Positions 12,710 to 27,500 are shown, numbered from the stretch's first letter. The stretch is DNA of 64,000 nucleotides from the human T2T-CHM13v2.0 reference genome, Homo sapiens (GCF_009914755.1 NC_060927.1); one strand, 5' to 3'. The notes: generated by a model from the letters alone, not told the origin. Made by a program: numbers and translations.

Positions 12710-15700
12710 GGGGAATGTTTGCATGGGCTACCAGTGAAGTTTCAGGTGTCAAGTCTTGCAGTATATTATAAATTTGCTTTTCCAGATGTCTTAGATCAGT
12801 AATTGTATAGCTTACCACTCCCAGCATTTAAATTTTTTTTCAAAAAATCAATAGCTAGTTCCTGCAAATGTGGAACGTTTGCACTCTGCCTGATGTCTGC
12901 AAATGTGTATTACCATGCACTCAATTCGAATGTTCTCTATCACACCTATTATCTAATTTTCACCACTGCTGGCAGCCTTATCTCATAGCCTGTGACTAAG
13001 GATCAGTGCAGGGGCAAGCAGTGGCTTTCCTAGCACTCCCTATCTAATGTATCACATATAAAATAAGTGAAAACAGTGTACTTACTCTGCAAATACTGCT
13101 CTAAGACATACTCCTTAGCATCTTATGTATGTTCATTTAAGTTTAACCCTTACAGATTTTCCAATGACACTGTCCAGACTTATTCTCTACTTCTGTTGAA
13201 AAATTATTTTATTTCTTTTTTGTTAATTCTTATTCTGCCTGTGTTTATTCTTTATTTTTTAAAGAGAAGAACAAGATACAAGATTGAAATATATTTATAA
13301 AATGTTTACATAGAAGTAACCCTCTAAGTCACTTAAGATGTGTGTGTGTATAAATTTTTGATTTGTTAGTTTCTTTTTATTATTTTGCCACTAAGTCAAT
13401 AAGTAACACTTGAGTTCTTTTTCATTAATTAACAAAAATAATGCGTGAGTATGGGGTGTGTGACAGTTAAAAATCAAAACAAGCTACTTTTGTTATAAGA
13501 TTATCAATTTAATTTTGTGAAATTAGAGATACTTTTTGAATATCTTTAATTCAATGTAAAGTCATCTAACTGCTTTTAAATTCAATTAAGTAACTTTTTG
13601 TTTCTTAATAGTCCTATATATTGCTTGTTGTCATTTTCTCAGAGAAAATTAGTAACACAATATCAGCTTCACCAATTCAAACTTTTCAATTTGTTACCTT
13701 TGTTTGATCTGAAAATCTTAGCTCATTTTATTGGTAGACTTTACTGCCTTTATTTCAACTAAGTTCTTTAAAATTTCAAAACAGAGTGGTTTAGTAAGTT
13801 AATTATCACCTTGTTCTCTGGTAGAACTACTCCTACTCAGTTACGGTGCTGGAGATGATAGCTTTTCATGGTCTTAAGTTTTAAATCAAAGAGAAACTAA
13901 GCCAAATTGAACTATCCACTGCTTTCCCTTGACCACCTGACATTATGATCCAATCAGTAACACTTCAAAGTCAGTATTTTAGGTTAAAAAACAAACAACA
14001 ACAACAACAAAAAAAAACCAAGGAGCCACAGAAAGCTAAAGATAACTGAAAGCTTGTCATCATCATCGACTCTGTTACTGTATTATTCCATTAAACCAGA
14101 AAGCCAAACTTATGCTACACAGGAAGTGCAAATAGAAGTGGATCTCTATTATCCATATGTTGTTTGCAGTTTCTGGGTTCAACTGAACCAACCAGACCCA
14201 CCTTGCACCCTGTGGCATAACCTGATCATGTTCCTGTAGCTTCTTAAATATGGTTCATTTTTTCTTTGTATGGCTTTATTTCTTTAGTGATTTCTAGATA
14301 GTCTTATTGACTGCCAGCCCCTATTCACTCTCAGCCTCTCAGTTTATTATTTCTAGAATCCACTCTTTTTTTGTTTTGAAACTATATATTTTAGGAAAGA
14401 CACCTGTGGCTGGCATCTCCTTTTGTTTTATTCTGGCAATAAGGTTGATGTTGGGACATCAATCGCCTGTCTTTAGAATCATATATAACCTATGATTTAG
14501 AACGAGGTTTTCATCAAAAATTTGCAAACATTTGCATATATCTTCATTCACCATCTCTTCCCACTCTGCTAATTCACTTTCTTGTCTTCTAAATGCTTTT
14601 GCAATTGAACATTGCCAGCCACAACCCCTTTCTAGGAAAATGTTCTTTTTCAACAATATAGACGAGATTGCTTTTCTAACTGCAGTCATTGATCTAATCA
14701 GAACTTCATAAATCTTTAATAAATTCCAACTTAATGCATTACTGAGGTACCATCGAAATTATTTCAATTATTGTCAAAATAAATCTTGGGGTGGGGATGG
14801 GAAAAGGGGTGCTTTTCCAAAGAGTACCATTAGTTTGTTTCAGTTTTTAAAAAGCATTTTTGAGGGTGGCAGAAGGGAATAACTGAAACTTCAGTGAGCT
14901 GGAATAAAGCAAGCCAACATTACTTTAACCTATAAGATCTCCTGAAAAACATGTACACTGAGTTTAAACTATAGTATCACTTCACAAAATTCCTCTTTAA
15001 TAATACAGTTTTTTTTTTCTAAAGAAGAACACCCTTTAGTCAGATGGGTTATGTATTCTACAATTGGCTTTAGAGACTGGTGATTTTTCACTAGCAGTTA
15101 CAGTAACTAGAGAAGAATTACTGCTTCCTTAACTTTGTGGCTGTCTGTCGACGGAAAAAAAATAGCTTAAAAAAATCAAAGCCAGATGGCTCTAGAGGAA
15201 ATGCCTCTAATGCTTCAGCTGTTGTTAAGACACCCCAGGGGGAACACTTTTATGGCTGGTCACCATGGCCCTGCTTTCCTGGCCCATCTGCTCCCTAGAT
15301 CTTGTGTAAGACCAGTCATGGCCTCTGTTAACTTTAACTGAGCAGCAAGGTACCTTGTTCTGGCTCCATAGTGCCCACTTAAAAACAAAACAAAGCAAAA
15401 AACAAACACAGACAATGCAATTTTTTGAATATCCTCAAATAAGGCCTCAGCTAAAACAGAAAAGAGAAATTTGAGACCAACTGATACACGATTTTTAAAT
15501 CAGCAGAACTGTCTTCTATTTTTTTACAAGTAGTGACCAGTTGGCAGTGAGAAACCTAGAAAACTTGTGAAAATTAATTTTCTTCCCCAAGAACCTGCCA
15601 TAAATCATCCTTTATAATTTTACTCAAGTGGCATGAGAGTGATGGTCTGTATATCATCCACAAATTTCTTCATTGCAATGAGGTTAAAAGATAGTGTTAT

Positions 15701-16792
15701 TAAGAATAATGGTTAATACTATACTTGCATGTTAACTAAAAATTTAAAGTTTAAAATGCAGTTTATTTTACCAAGAAATGGATACCCATTATTCCAACTG
15801 TATTCATCTGGATGTGTTTGAGAATTAAATACATAATGTCTGGAACACAATATACAGTCATAGTTTATTTTCCCTGTCTTGTAGAAAGGCAATCCACAAC
15901 ATTTTGAAGAGTTGTGTCATTGATCCATGGGTATTTAAGTGAAATAGGTGAAACTAATATCTATCTTGAGTAGCTCTTACTCTTGCTAGAAGCAATGTCA
16001 AAGATGCAGTAACGCCAACAAAATTTTATGAATCTCTTCATCACTAGTAAACTATGGCAGAGCTTTAAATTACTATGACTCCTAGGAGGGCTTCTAATTT
16101 GGGATTCTTGGAGCCTAGATTTCTGTTCTTCCTACAAATTACAGATTCAATTATTTGGTAAGAAGTCATCTATTTACTGGCAATGTGTGCTGAATGGTTG
16201 TGTAAAGTAAAACTAATAAACCTTCTAAGATGAAAAGTATTAGAAAAAAAAGATTGTCAAAAGAGTCTGTTTTTAACAATGGTAATAGAAACTAGCATGT
16301 ACATATGTTGAAGCCAATAACATACAGAATCTCTTTATGGTTTCACAGGAAAAGGTGGCAACCCAACCTCAGCATGATAGCAATTATGTATAAAGAATAA
16401 TGCAGTCTCAACTTCAGTGTGATAGAGTTTATATTTTTAGGTACAGTGTGATTTTTAACTTTGTTGGGTTGGTAATTAAAATTAAGGTAGGTGCATGAAT
16501 AATTCATGATGAATTAAAATGTCTCACATAGAAAAATGACACTACTAGTCAGTTATTTAGGAATTACAAAATTTGTTCTCTTCTGTCAGATATTCATTAC
16601 TTCTAATGAAAAGTGTTAAAGAGCCCACTTTTTAAAGCAAACGTAAATCTGTCTCTGGAAATATTTTGGTGTGATTGGAACTCATTGATTCATTTACTCC
16701 CAGAGGCTTCTAGCGGAGGGATCATTATTGAAGCACAGGTTGAAATATAATCCTGAGAACTTTATTTATGTCAACATTAAGAAGAATTTTGT

Positions 16793-17083
<291 letters not shown>

Positions 17084-18409
17084 GGAATTTTGGAAAATAT
17101 TTGTATTTATTTCAATATCCATTAATGAATTTTAACTTAAGGTAATTTCATATTTATTTATAACATTAAAGGGTCTTCGGGTTAAATTTTAAATCTTGAA
17201 TACAGTGAATTTAAGAATTTAGAGTAAGAACAGATATATTTAAGGTAATAATTTTGGTTGAAATATCTAATTTAAGACAGAAGATATGCTGTCTTATCAT
17301 ATAAAGTTACCTTGTGAAAGATCATAGGCAAATCCAGGACTCTGCCCTTGTGCCCTGATTGTACCTTCTGGGCCTTCCTTCAAATCCTAACTGCCTAACT
17401 GCAATTCAAGTTTGAGTGGGGCGCGTTTCTTGCCATAACCAATGAAAGCCTAACTGCAACCACAATAAAACATTAATCATATAATCTTATTCAGTGTCCT
17501 TGTACCATACTATGCTACTAATCCTGCTAAGTGTAGTTTAGTGTCTGAAATCCTCTTGAATGAGGCCTTTGTTAATAATTTTCCGTGGTGACTTACTTGA
17601 TGTGGGAAACATATTCCTCTTATTTGCGATATTTAGTTCTGTAAATCTATGATGTGTTGATTAATTCCTGGCTCTTTCACTACAATGAACTATGCATACC
17701 ATCTAAACAAAATTAGTAAAATCTCCAAAATGTTCTCTTGCCTGTATATCATATATTACCATTTCAAGAACACTAAGTCTATTTATTAAAATGAGGCTAT
17801 AACAGCAATACTATTAAATATAACATTTTAATTTTCTAGTTCATTATTAAAAGGAGCCCTAAAAAGGTTCAAAACAGATTAAGTTCCAATGCATACCTTT
17901 ATTAAAATAGGAAGAAATTTTTGAATCAGAAGATGAATTAATGTCAAAATTTGTCATATGGAATGTGTATGATATTGTATATTAATGCTTTTATAACTGT
18001 TTTTGGTAACTGGAATATAAAATTCCCCACAAATAAACAATAAATTAATTGTGACAAAAGGAAAAACTTAACATATCAAATTACCTTGTACTTAACCAAA
18101 AATAATCTCTACTGATTATGTAAATCAACTTTAACATTTAATATTTATTTGAATTATAATATTAGAAAACAAATTAGCCATGCGGTGTGTGTTTAAGTGT
18201 GTATGTGTTTGCGAGAGGGTATTTCTTCTCATAAAATGGGTTATGTTACAAAATAATTTCAAATCAGTTATTTATAAAAACCTTCTATATTTTCCCATAA
18301 TAATAATATCACACGTACTAGAAAGATACATAACAATCTTTATAATTGTAAGGTCCAAGATTAACAAACCTTGACAGCCAAAACATAATTCACTTTGACT
18401 TTAAAATAA

Positions 18410-18719
<310 letters not shown>

Positions 18720-19076
18720 CCGGGTGTGGATTTCTAGAAGAAAGGAAACATGTACAAGTCACTTGTAATCTCATTGTCCACAGAATAAAAACCGCCTAAC
18801 AGCTCATTATTTAAAATTAAAAGTCCTGTTGTTTAGCAAATATCCACACTTTCCATAGCAGAATTGTGCTTTTCTGCTCCTTGCTTCTGGGTAGGGGGCA
18901 ATGGGATGTTCACACATGGGAAACAAGGAAGGTCTTGAAACGTGTTTGGCAATTGAACTTACCCTCTTGCCTTCCTGCTTTTCTTTACCAGAAGAAAATA
19001 AGTTAGCTGTAGGATTTAGGAGAACACATTGAAGAAGACTGAGACAAAACTAAGCCTAACTAAGCTTAGAAGAGTT

Positions 19077-19104
19077 AAAAAACAAAACAAAACAAAACAA
19101 AACA
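19077..19104. repeat. (AAAAC)n microsatellite
   Basis: Read directly from the sequence. Confidence 0.9.
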
Positions 19105-20039
19105 GTTTATCTGGAACTACGAAGGCAAAAAAAAAAAATACATGCTTACTCTAAAATGCCACCAAGTTTTGGTATGAGTGATTATGCAGCAGTATTGATA
19201 CACTAACTGATATACTCTTTAAAGGAAACAATTAGTTTTGCCAAAGAAACATTTAGTACAGAAAGTGTTAGACTAAGCCTATACAGGAAAATTAAATGTA
19301 ATATTAACAAGAACAGTAAAGATAACCTTGGTAGCAATTATAATTAAAACAGAAGTGTTTTACTTGCATTATCTCATTTTATATAAAAGACACAATTCAC
19401 ATTGTAAATTGGAATGCTTACAATTTTAGCTTTACTAATTAAAAAAACGTATTTCTATATAAATTGGGTCTTATATTTTCCACTCAAATCAGTTTAGCCA
19501 TCTCTTGTCCTAGTATGATAAAATTTGGTTTCCTGAATGAAATAGCAGTAACAACAAATATAGATCTCCTTGTCACTGATGCTATTTATGACTTTCTTAT
19601 CAAAGTTAGTGCCTTTATTATTTTGGTTGGGCAGTCCTTAGCTTTTTAAACAGGCAAATATTTATCCTTAAAGAACATCTATCCTTGCCTCGTCCTTTTG
19701 CTAGCATATAACCTGAAGCAGGAGAGACAGAGAGAGAGAAAAACGGAGAGAGAGAGTTTTCAAAAATAAGAGACTATTTCTGCATCTTAAAAGACAGTAA
19801 AATTTACCGGTGAGCTTGAGGGAAGAGTTCTACGTCAATTCTAAGCAGAGAAAAGAGAATGTTCAGAACTATGAGATATTGTGGCCCACTGGAAAACAGA
19901 TAAAAAGGTGGTAAGATTTGAGAATAAATTCAAGCATAGGTGGACCAAGGAAAGGAGTGTGAAGGTCACTGGTCATTAAAAATTTGGGTTGAAATGCAGA
20001 ATAATTACCTTGAAGTTAGACATTTGTTATTCAATGAAT

Positions 20040-20275
20040 TTGTAGTTTTTAGGAAGGAAAGTAAAATTTGTTTTTTTCTGTTTTTAAAAGCAAAACTCAT
20101 GTGTTAGTGTGAAAAAAAAGATAGTAGTGCGAAGAACTCAAAGACCAGTTAGGAGTGGAGAGAGACACCTGTTAAGAAAACAAGAGATGTTATATTATTT
20201 CAGGTGATACATGCACTTTTGAACTCAAGCAGAGGCTGTGAGGATGAAAAAGAGGGATAAATCTGAGACATCTCA
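20040..20275 (-). mobile_element. L2 fragment
   Basis: 'agaccagttaggag..ttcaggtgatacatg..gaactcaagcagaggctgtgaggatgaaaaagagggataaatctgagaca' resembles the L2 antisense consensus. Confidence 0.6.
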
Positions 20276-21554
20276 AAAGGCAATGGAAATTCCAATACTT
20301 TATAGCTTCAAGGCTTAGCCTGCTCCCTTTTCTTTGGCCTCCACTCCAACTTTAATTTCCAGACCCAGATTCCTGCCCTGTGTATGTGATCCTTCACCAC
20401 ATGAATAAAAGAAGAAAAATGTGGTAATCGAATCTGACAGGAACTAAAGTTAATTTTTTATTTTATGAACAATGCCAATGTAGTCCTGGTTCCACTATAC
20501 CTTATTTAATTGACAAATTATTTTTAAGAGGGTTGACATTCTAATCATTGATCAGCAAACAGATGCCAATTACAAGTGAATTCGATCCTTTCATTAGCAT
20601 AAGCGCGAAAGGAGATCTACTTGAAAATACTTAGTTGATTCATTATTGAGTATGTTTAAGAAAATTAATTGCATATTTAGAATATGTAAAACTGACTTAA
20701 TGCAGCCTGTTTTCTATTTTAATTCAGACTGCTTCTTAACCTAATTTTTTAATATTGAAAATAATGCAATATGTAAAGTTACATTATCATTCACCAGTTA
20801 AAAGGAATGGAAGCTATATCTCAGAAAGAAAAGTACTACATCCTACCAAGTATAGTTCAGAGAGTGCTTTCTTCTTGCATTGTTAATCAGATGCAAATAT
20901 GTATTGGAATTGTTGATACATTCATCTTCATAATGTCTTTTCAGCTTGTTAAAGTGAAGTTTAAGAAGCTCCTGGAGGAGTAATAGGCTGCATATAATGG
21001 ACTGGGGAGTGAAAACTTCGGTTCTATATGCTTAATTAGTTTCTAATTTCTCTGTAATCTCCTCATGAGTCTCTAACAGAAAATAATATTGACCATACAT
21101 ATGGTACAAGTGGGTGCTGGTATTTTGGATCATTCTCAACGGGCTCACTAAATTATTTACTAAGCCTAATGTATTACTAATTCAAATTAAACTCCACCTC
21201 CCATGTAATTGTAAATTCAATGAGTAAATAGTGCCCTGTGAACATCATGGGCTTATCATTAGAGATAAGTGAATGAAGTGCCTCTCACAATGTCTGTAAG
21301 GAAATAATGTAACACCTTACCCTGCTGCATTAAAAGAATAAGAGTTTACATCATATTTTTAAATTTTTAAAATGCTTTGTACCCTAAGGTAAACAACAAT
21401 GACAGAAAGAATAACAGACTCATTCTGTCTAGTTCAAGTCCACAAATTAAGTCAAACCTTGAGACTTTGTGGTAAGTCACTGACTCCCTAACAAAAATAA
21501 GTTTATCCTGACCTCTGAAATTTTGATGTGTAGAAATTGGAGAATATCTTCTAA

Positions 21555-21946
<392 letters not shown>

Positions 21947-22592
21947 TCACTTATTTAATTTTAGGAGCAAGTTATGTTAAAACCTGTATTCCAATGAAAA
22001 TTTTTCTGCAAATGGATTTATTTTTTTTCTAAGTGATTTCATCTCTGACTCTACGTTTGACGCCTGATTTCCAGTGAGTGCTCAATAAAATCTTTTATAT
22101 TACTGTTATTATTATGGCAGTCATTTTCATAGTGTATAAATATATAGAGATTCAAATATATACTCTATGATAAACTTTCAAGCTGCAAGTATTCTGGTGG
22201 CTTTAGCAGAGTTAGGAGACATTAAACAAACAATTTACTTCAATTTTTCTTGTTATATAAAGCAGTGATGCATGTTTCCTCCAAGGTTCAACTGAGCATA
22301 GTATTCCATGACTACTCTGTGAGGGAATAATGTGATCACACGAAACCAAACCCAGCTGAAACACTGGGGAAAGATTAATTTTGTATACATGGTTATCATT
22401 CCATATTTATTCACCAAGTGCCATCTGGATAAGAAGCATAAGATATGTCAACCAGGCATAATCGACTGACTCTATAGCAGAGACTAACTATTCCCAATAT
22501 ATAATCCCTTCTTGTCTGGACACACTGTTCTAGATACACTAACCACCTTAAATACTTTGATGATTCTAGACACTCGGTCAGCTAATCCAGAC

Positions 22593-23011
22593 CAGGGTAC
22601 CAGTCCATGTCCTGTTAGGAACCAGTCACCCCTCATAGCTCGTATTACCACCTGAGCTCCGCCTCCTGTCAGATTCTCAAACCCCATTGTGAACTGCACA
22701 TGCAAGGGATCTAGGTTGTGCACTCCTTATGAGAATCTAATACCCGATGATCTGTCACTGTCTCCTGTCACCCCTAGATGGGACCATCTAGTTGCAGGAA
22801 AACAAGCTAAGGGCTCCCACTGATTTTCCATTATGGTGAGTTATATAATTATTTCATTATATATTACAATGTAACAATAATAGAAACACAGTACACAATA
22901 AATGTAATGTACTCGAATCATCTTGAAACCATCCCCACACCACCCCTGATTGGTGGAAAATTTTTCTTCCACAAAACCAGTCCCTGGTGTCAAAAAGTTT
23001 GGGAACTGCTG
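22593..23011 (+). mobile_element. MER1A (hAT-Charlie) DNA transposon with internal deletions
   Basis: 'cctgttaggaacc', 'ctgagctccgcctcctgtcagat', 'gggatctaggttgtgcactccttatgagaatctaat', 'gggaccatctagttgcaggaaaacaagct' and the terminal 'aaaaccagtccctggtgtcaaaaagtttgggaactgctg'. Confidence 0.92.
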
Positions 23012-23936
23012 CCCCAGAACAACCACTCCAGATAAGACACAAATACTGAGTTATATGAGTGACGTGAGAAATTAAAATTTCTAAAAACATGAACCAATCT
23101 GGACAAAAAGACTATCTCCTCAACATCCCAGGAGAACTCGGCCTGCCTTACATTCTTACAGGGATAAAGGGGCATGGCCAAGTAGAGATGTCAAATAATC
23201 TCTAAGTGGGCCATTCACTCTCTTTTACGTGTATAAAATGTGTACATTTTCTCAAGGTTTAGTTGGGCGTGGTTTCACATAATCAATCCCGATGAGTACT
23301 CAAGCACCCTCTGACCTGTTGAAAACTATGCCTGTTAACTTATCAATGCTGTTGCTGATTAATGAAGAATAAGTAATAATTATTTATAAAATTTTAATGC
23401 ATGTCTTAGTGCTTGTTTATTTAATCTTTTAAAAATTCAGTTAGCTAATGTTTATAATGTGTGCTATTAATGTGTCCCCTCTTTGGAACACCTTACAGAG
23501 GAAACTGAAAGTAGGAATGCCTTTACTACTAAGTCTTTTATAAAGATAAACTCGGACAGAAACTATTTTTACTTTCTAAAGCTTATACGTAGTAAAATAA
23601 TATGCTATACTGCTAACAATTTTATTATTGAACTAATTAAGTGTCATATCTGAAATGAATGAGGTTAGTTGCAATGAACTTTTTGAATAAACAAAATCCA
23701 TTAATATTTTAGTATGAATTATTAAGGGTTGCTAGAATGATGTATGCTATACTGAGTTCTACCAATTTTCTAAATATTACAGTTAGTCTTATTCATTCCT
23801 CAGTCTGTTCAACAGTTTTTTTGAGCATGTATTGCACATTTGGAAATTAGAGATCAACAAGTTGATGTACAATATATGAAAATTATCTTATCTGACATAA
23901 AGAATGTAATCTGTTTCTAAAAATAAGCCACACTGA

Positions 23937-24227
<291 letters not shown>

Positions 24228-24434
24228 CATGTTATGAAAGCATAGTTTTAATTGCTCTTTAAAGTCTAAACTCTCTTTAAATTGTCATTCATTCAAATTT
24301 TTTAATAATCTAACACATAATTTTTATCCTAGTTTCCATTGTTTTCTACATTGCTGTGCAATTAAATATTTCATTCCAAAATCTACTCAATATTTTATAT
24401 TCCTCGACATTATTTTCTTCATGCCAGAGGAAGT

Positions 24435-24572
24435 AAAGTTACTTAAGGAAAAGGTGCAGAAGATCACAGAGGAAGTGGAACATGAGCTGAGCCCTGAAAA
24501 GAGAATGGAACTCCAACCAGTTGTGGAAGGGTCTTGACTGTCAGGCAAAGGAACTTAGAGCTGATCTGATGG
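24435..24572 (-). mobile_element. L2 fragment
   Basis: 'cacagaggaagtggaacatgagctgagccctgaaaa..gtggaagggtcttgactgtcaggcaaaggaactt' resembles L2 antisense. Confidence 0.65.
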
Positions 24573-27500
24573 TCACCTCATAACCTCCATATTCTCTTTT
24601 TGTCTTACTTTCTTTTGTGAAAGTCTTTTCTTAGTTTCCAAGTGTGGAGACTTCACTTACTTTGATTCAGAGGTTATCAGGAAATTTAAAAAAGTTTCAA
24701 TCCAGCAGTTCATAGATTAAAAAATGAACAAGAAAACAGCAAGGACTGTTTTTTCTTTTTTCCCACTTTCATAAAGCTAAGTGAAACACATCAACTTTAA
24801 GAAATTCTCCTCTTTCTTAGGCCAAAATTAAGCTCTAAAGTTTAGAGGCAAGTAGAAAATCAAGCATAACTTCCCCTCTTGCTACAAACAAAAGAAAACA
24901 AACCTTGCAGCCAGGACAGCAGGAATCTGGCTTGGTAAAACTGCAATCAAAGCTGCTCTGTAGATCAGCCAGCAATGAATCTCAAGTGGTAATATGGGAG
25001 CATGCCACCACCATGATGCTTTCAATCCTAGTTAGCAAATACCCCCTTCTAAGATAAAATCTGTCTCCTATGAGTAACCATCAGGGCCATAAGGTTGACA
25101 AACCCAAACGAAAGCATCTTTTGTTATCCAAATGCCATTATAAATCACATTTTGTAAACAAATGTTGCTTAATATTACTCCTACTTTTTAACCAAATACA
25201 AAAAGTTTTATAGGTTCAAAAGTTATGTGTGTTCTGAGATATGTATACTAATGTAAAATGCATCATGATATGCTATTCATCTTTTCAAAGGTAAAATGAA
25301 TATATAATTACATAACCATAAGTTAATCTTTCAGAGATATACAGAGAAATACAGAGACATGCAACTAAGCCTGTGAAAAATATAAAGAAATGACAAAAAT
25401 GTGAAGAAAAATCAGACTGTAGCAATATAATAAGGGTCATAGTTGTTTTCCTTTTCTTTTGTCTTTGTAAAAACTGAATAATTTAATTGTCAAGTACCTG
25501 AAAATTTGATACTAATTCCCTTAATTACATGGTACTAAAAATTTTCTTCCAAGGTTTCCATAGCATTTAGTTTAGCCAAAAGTAACCTTAGCTGAGGCAA
25601 ATAGTTTTAAGTGAAAATTTATTTATCAAATACTACTTTGGAATTTTAGGAAAGGTTTTTTTTAAATTATAATATGGTTACTTTGATCACATTTAAAAAT
25701 TAGTGGAAATTTTGAATAATGACAATTCCTGTGAAAGAAGCAAACAGCTTAGTATATATTATATCCAAAGTGCTATTAGCTTTCTTCTCCCTCTAAAAGA
25801 AATAAATTTCAATCATGATGAAGAATTGTTAAATATACTCTTAAGCAAGTACAAAAATAATTAAGGAAAATGGTTAGATTTCCATATTTCAGAGAAATGT
25901 ATTAGTTTTATAATCTGTATAGGAGACTATATAATCAATATAGGAGACTCACTGAAAAAGTGGTCTTTAGGGTTTTTACCTTTCCTTTTATGTGATGGAG
26001 TTTAAAAAAGATGAAAGGCAAGCTTTTGTGTTTACATCTGGAGTATAAAAGCGCCTCAGTATGAGAGAAGGACATTCCATGAAATACTATGTCAGAAACA
26101 TTCTCAGTCAGAATTCCAGAAATAGCAAGATGTTAAATAGATAATTAAAATGTCTTCAAGGTTTAAACCATAGGGACTTAGGTTTTTAATCATGTAGTGT
26201 ATATTCATCAGAAGTTTTTACTTTTATCTTGATCAGATTTTGATGCTGTCTTTGGGGGAAGAAAGACCATGGTCTGTACTTCTGAAATTCTTTAGTTTGA
26301 TAGGATCTGATATTAGCAGGCTCAACTCAAAATAGCTATCATTTTATTAGATGGCTGGCAGAAGCCTTCAGCAATGGCTGTCTTGCAAAAACAATGGGCT
26401 TCTCCATTTCTGATGAAATAGGAAAGCTGTGGGAACTTCTGTGTCATGGCATAGGAATTGTGTTACCCATGGTGTAAGATTTTTTCTTTTCAGGGAAGGA
26501 ATCAAACAGAAGGATGTAACTAATCACAACCTTAATGTAAACAGACTTCATTCCAAATATATATTTTTTTAATTTAATGCAAATATAAGAGTATACATTT
26601 GGCAGCAAGGTGCTTATTCAATCAAAAAGCAAATATCTAAATATGTCTTTGATGATATACATTATCAAAGATGTGCAGCTTAGAAACTCACCCATTTCTA
26701 TCTCCTGGCATATGTGGCATTGTTTTTTTCTACTTCATTCTCTATTTTGAAAAAGGCACCGCAAAGTATACTTCATAATGGTGGACATTAAAATTAAAAC
26801 AAGAAAATTATCATACATCAACCTATTGTTAGTTTCATATTAAAATATGTGTTGCCTAAAGTTAGCTTTAAGACTTAATTTGAAATATAGATGCATATAC
26901 CTTTAATACTGACAACAGTCATAACGTCATTAGATATTTTTCTATACTAATTCTCATATCAGTCTTCTATCACATTATGCAAAAGTGAGTTGAAATTATT
27001 GTATTTCTTAATATTTGAGATTTAAAAATGAGATACTTCTCTAAGTCATAGTGAATGACAACATTGCAAATAATAATTAAATTTTCCTTAGTATTATTGC
27101 TAATGAAAAGGGAACAAAAATCATTATAGAACAAGATGTTTCAGGTAATTGATCCATCTAAAATCGCTCCATATTTTACATAGAATAAATTAACTTACCT
27201 TTCTTGTTACATTGGATAAGAAAAAGAGAGGAATTGATAAAGAAATATATCAATGAAAATGTTCTTATTCATAGTGAGTTTTAAGCAGTAAAATTTCAGA
27301 TTCTGTTTACATTTTAGTTTAATTGCTTGAATATACATGTAGGTGGAGAAAATACTAATTGTGCATGTTAGACTGGATGATTGTTTGGTAGAAAAGCAAA
27401 ATGTCCTTTACTTGTAAAGATAATTTGTAGCATAATATCAGTTAAATGAGGACAATATGATTGAGGCTTTTAAAACATAATTCATAACTGGAAACTGATT

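Noticed and set aside
25004-25057. Kozak-like gccaccaccATG
   Set aside because: It opens only a 14-codon ORF (MMLSILVSKYPLLR) with no promoter or exon evidence.
25918-25949. 11-bp direct repeat tataggagact (also small repeats at 17273-17296 and 34160-34218)
   Set aside because: Ordinary local slippage or chance in AT-rich DNA.
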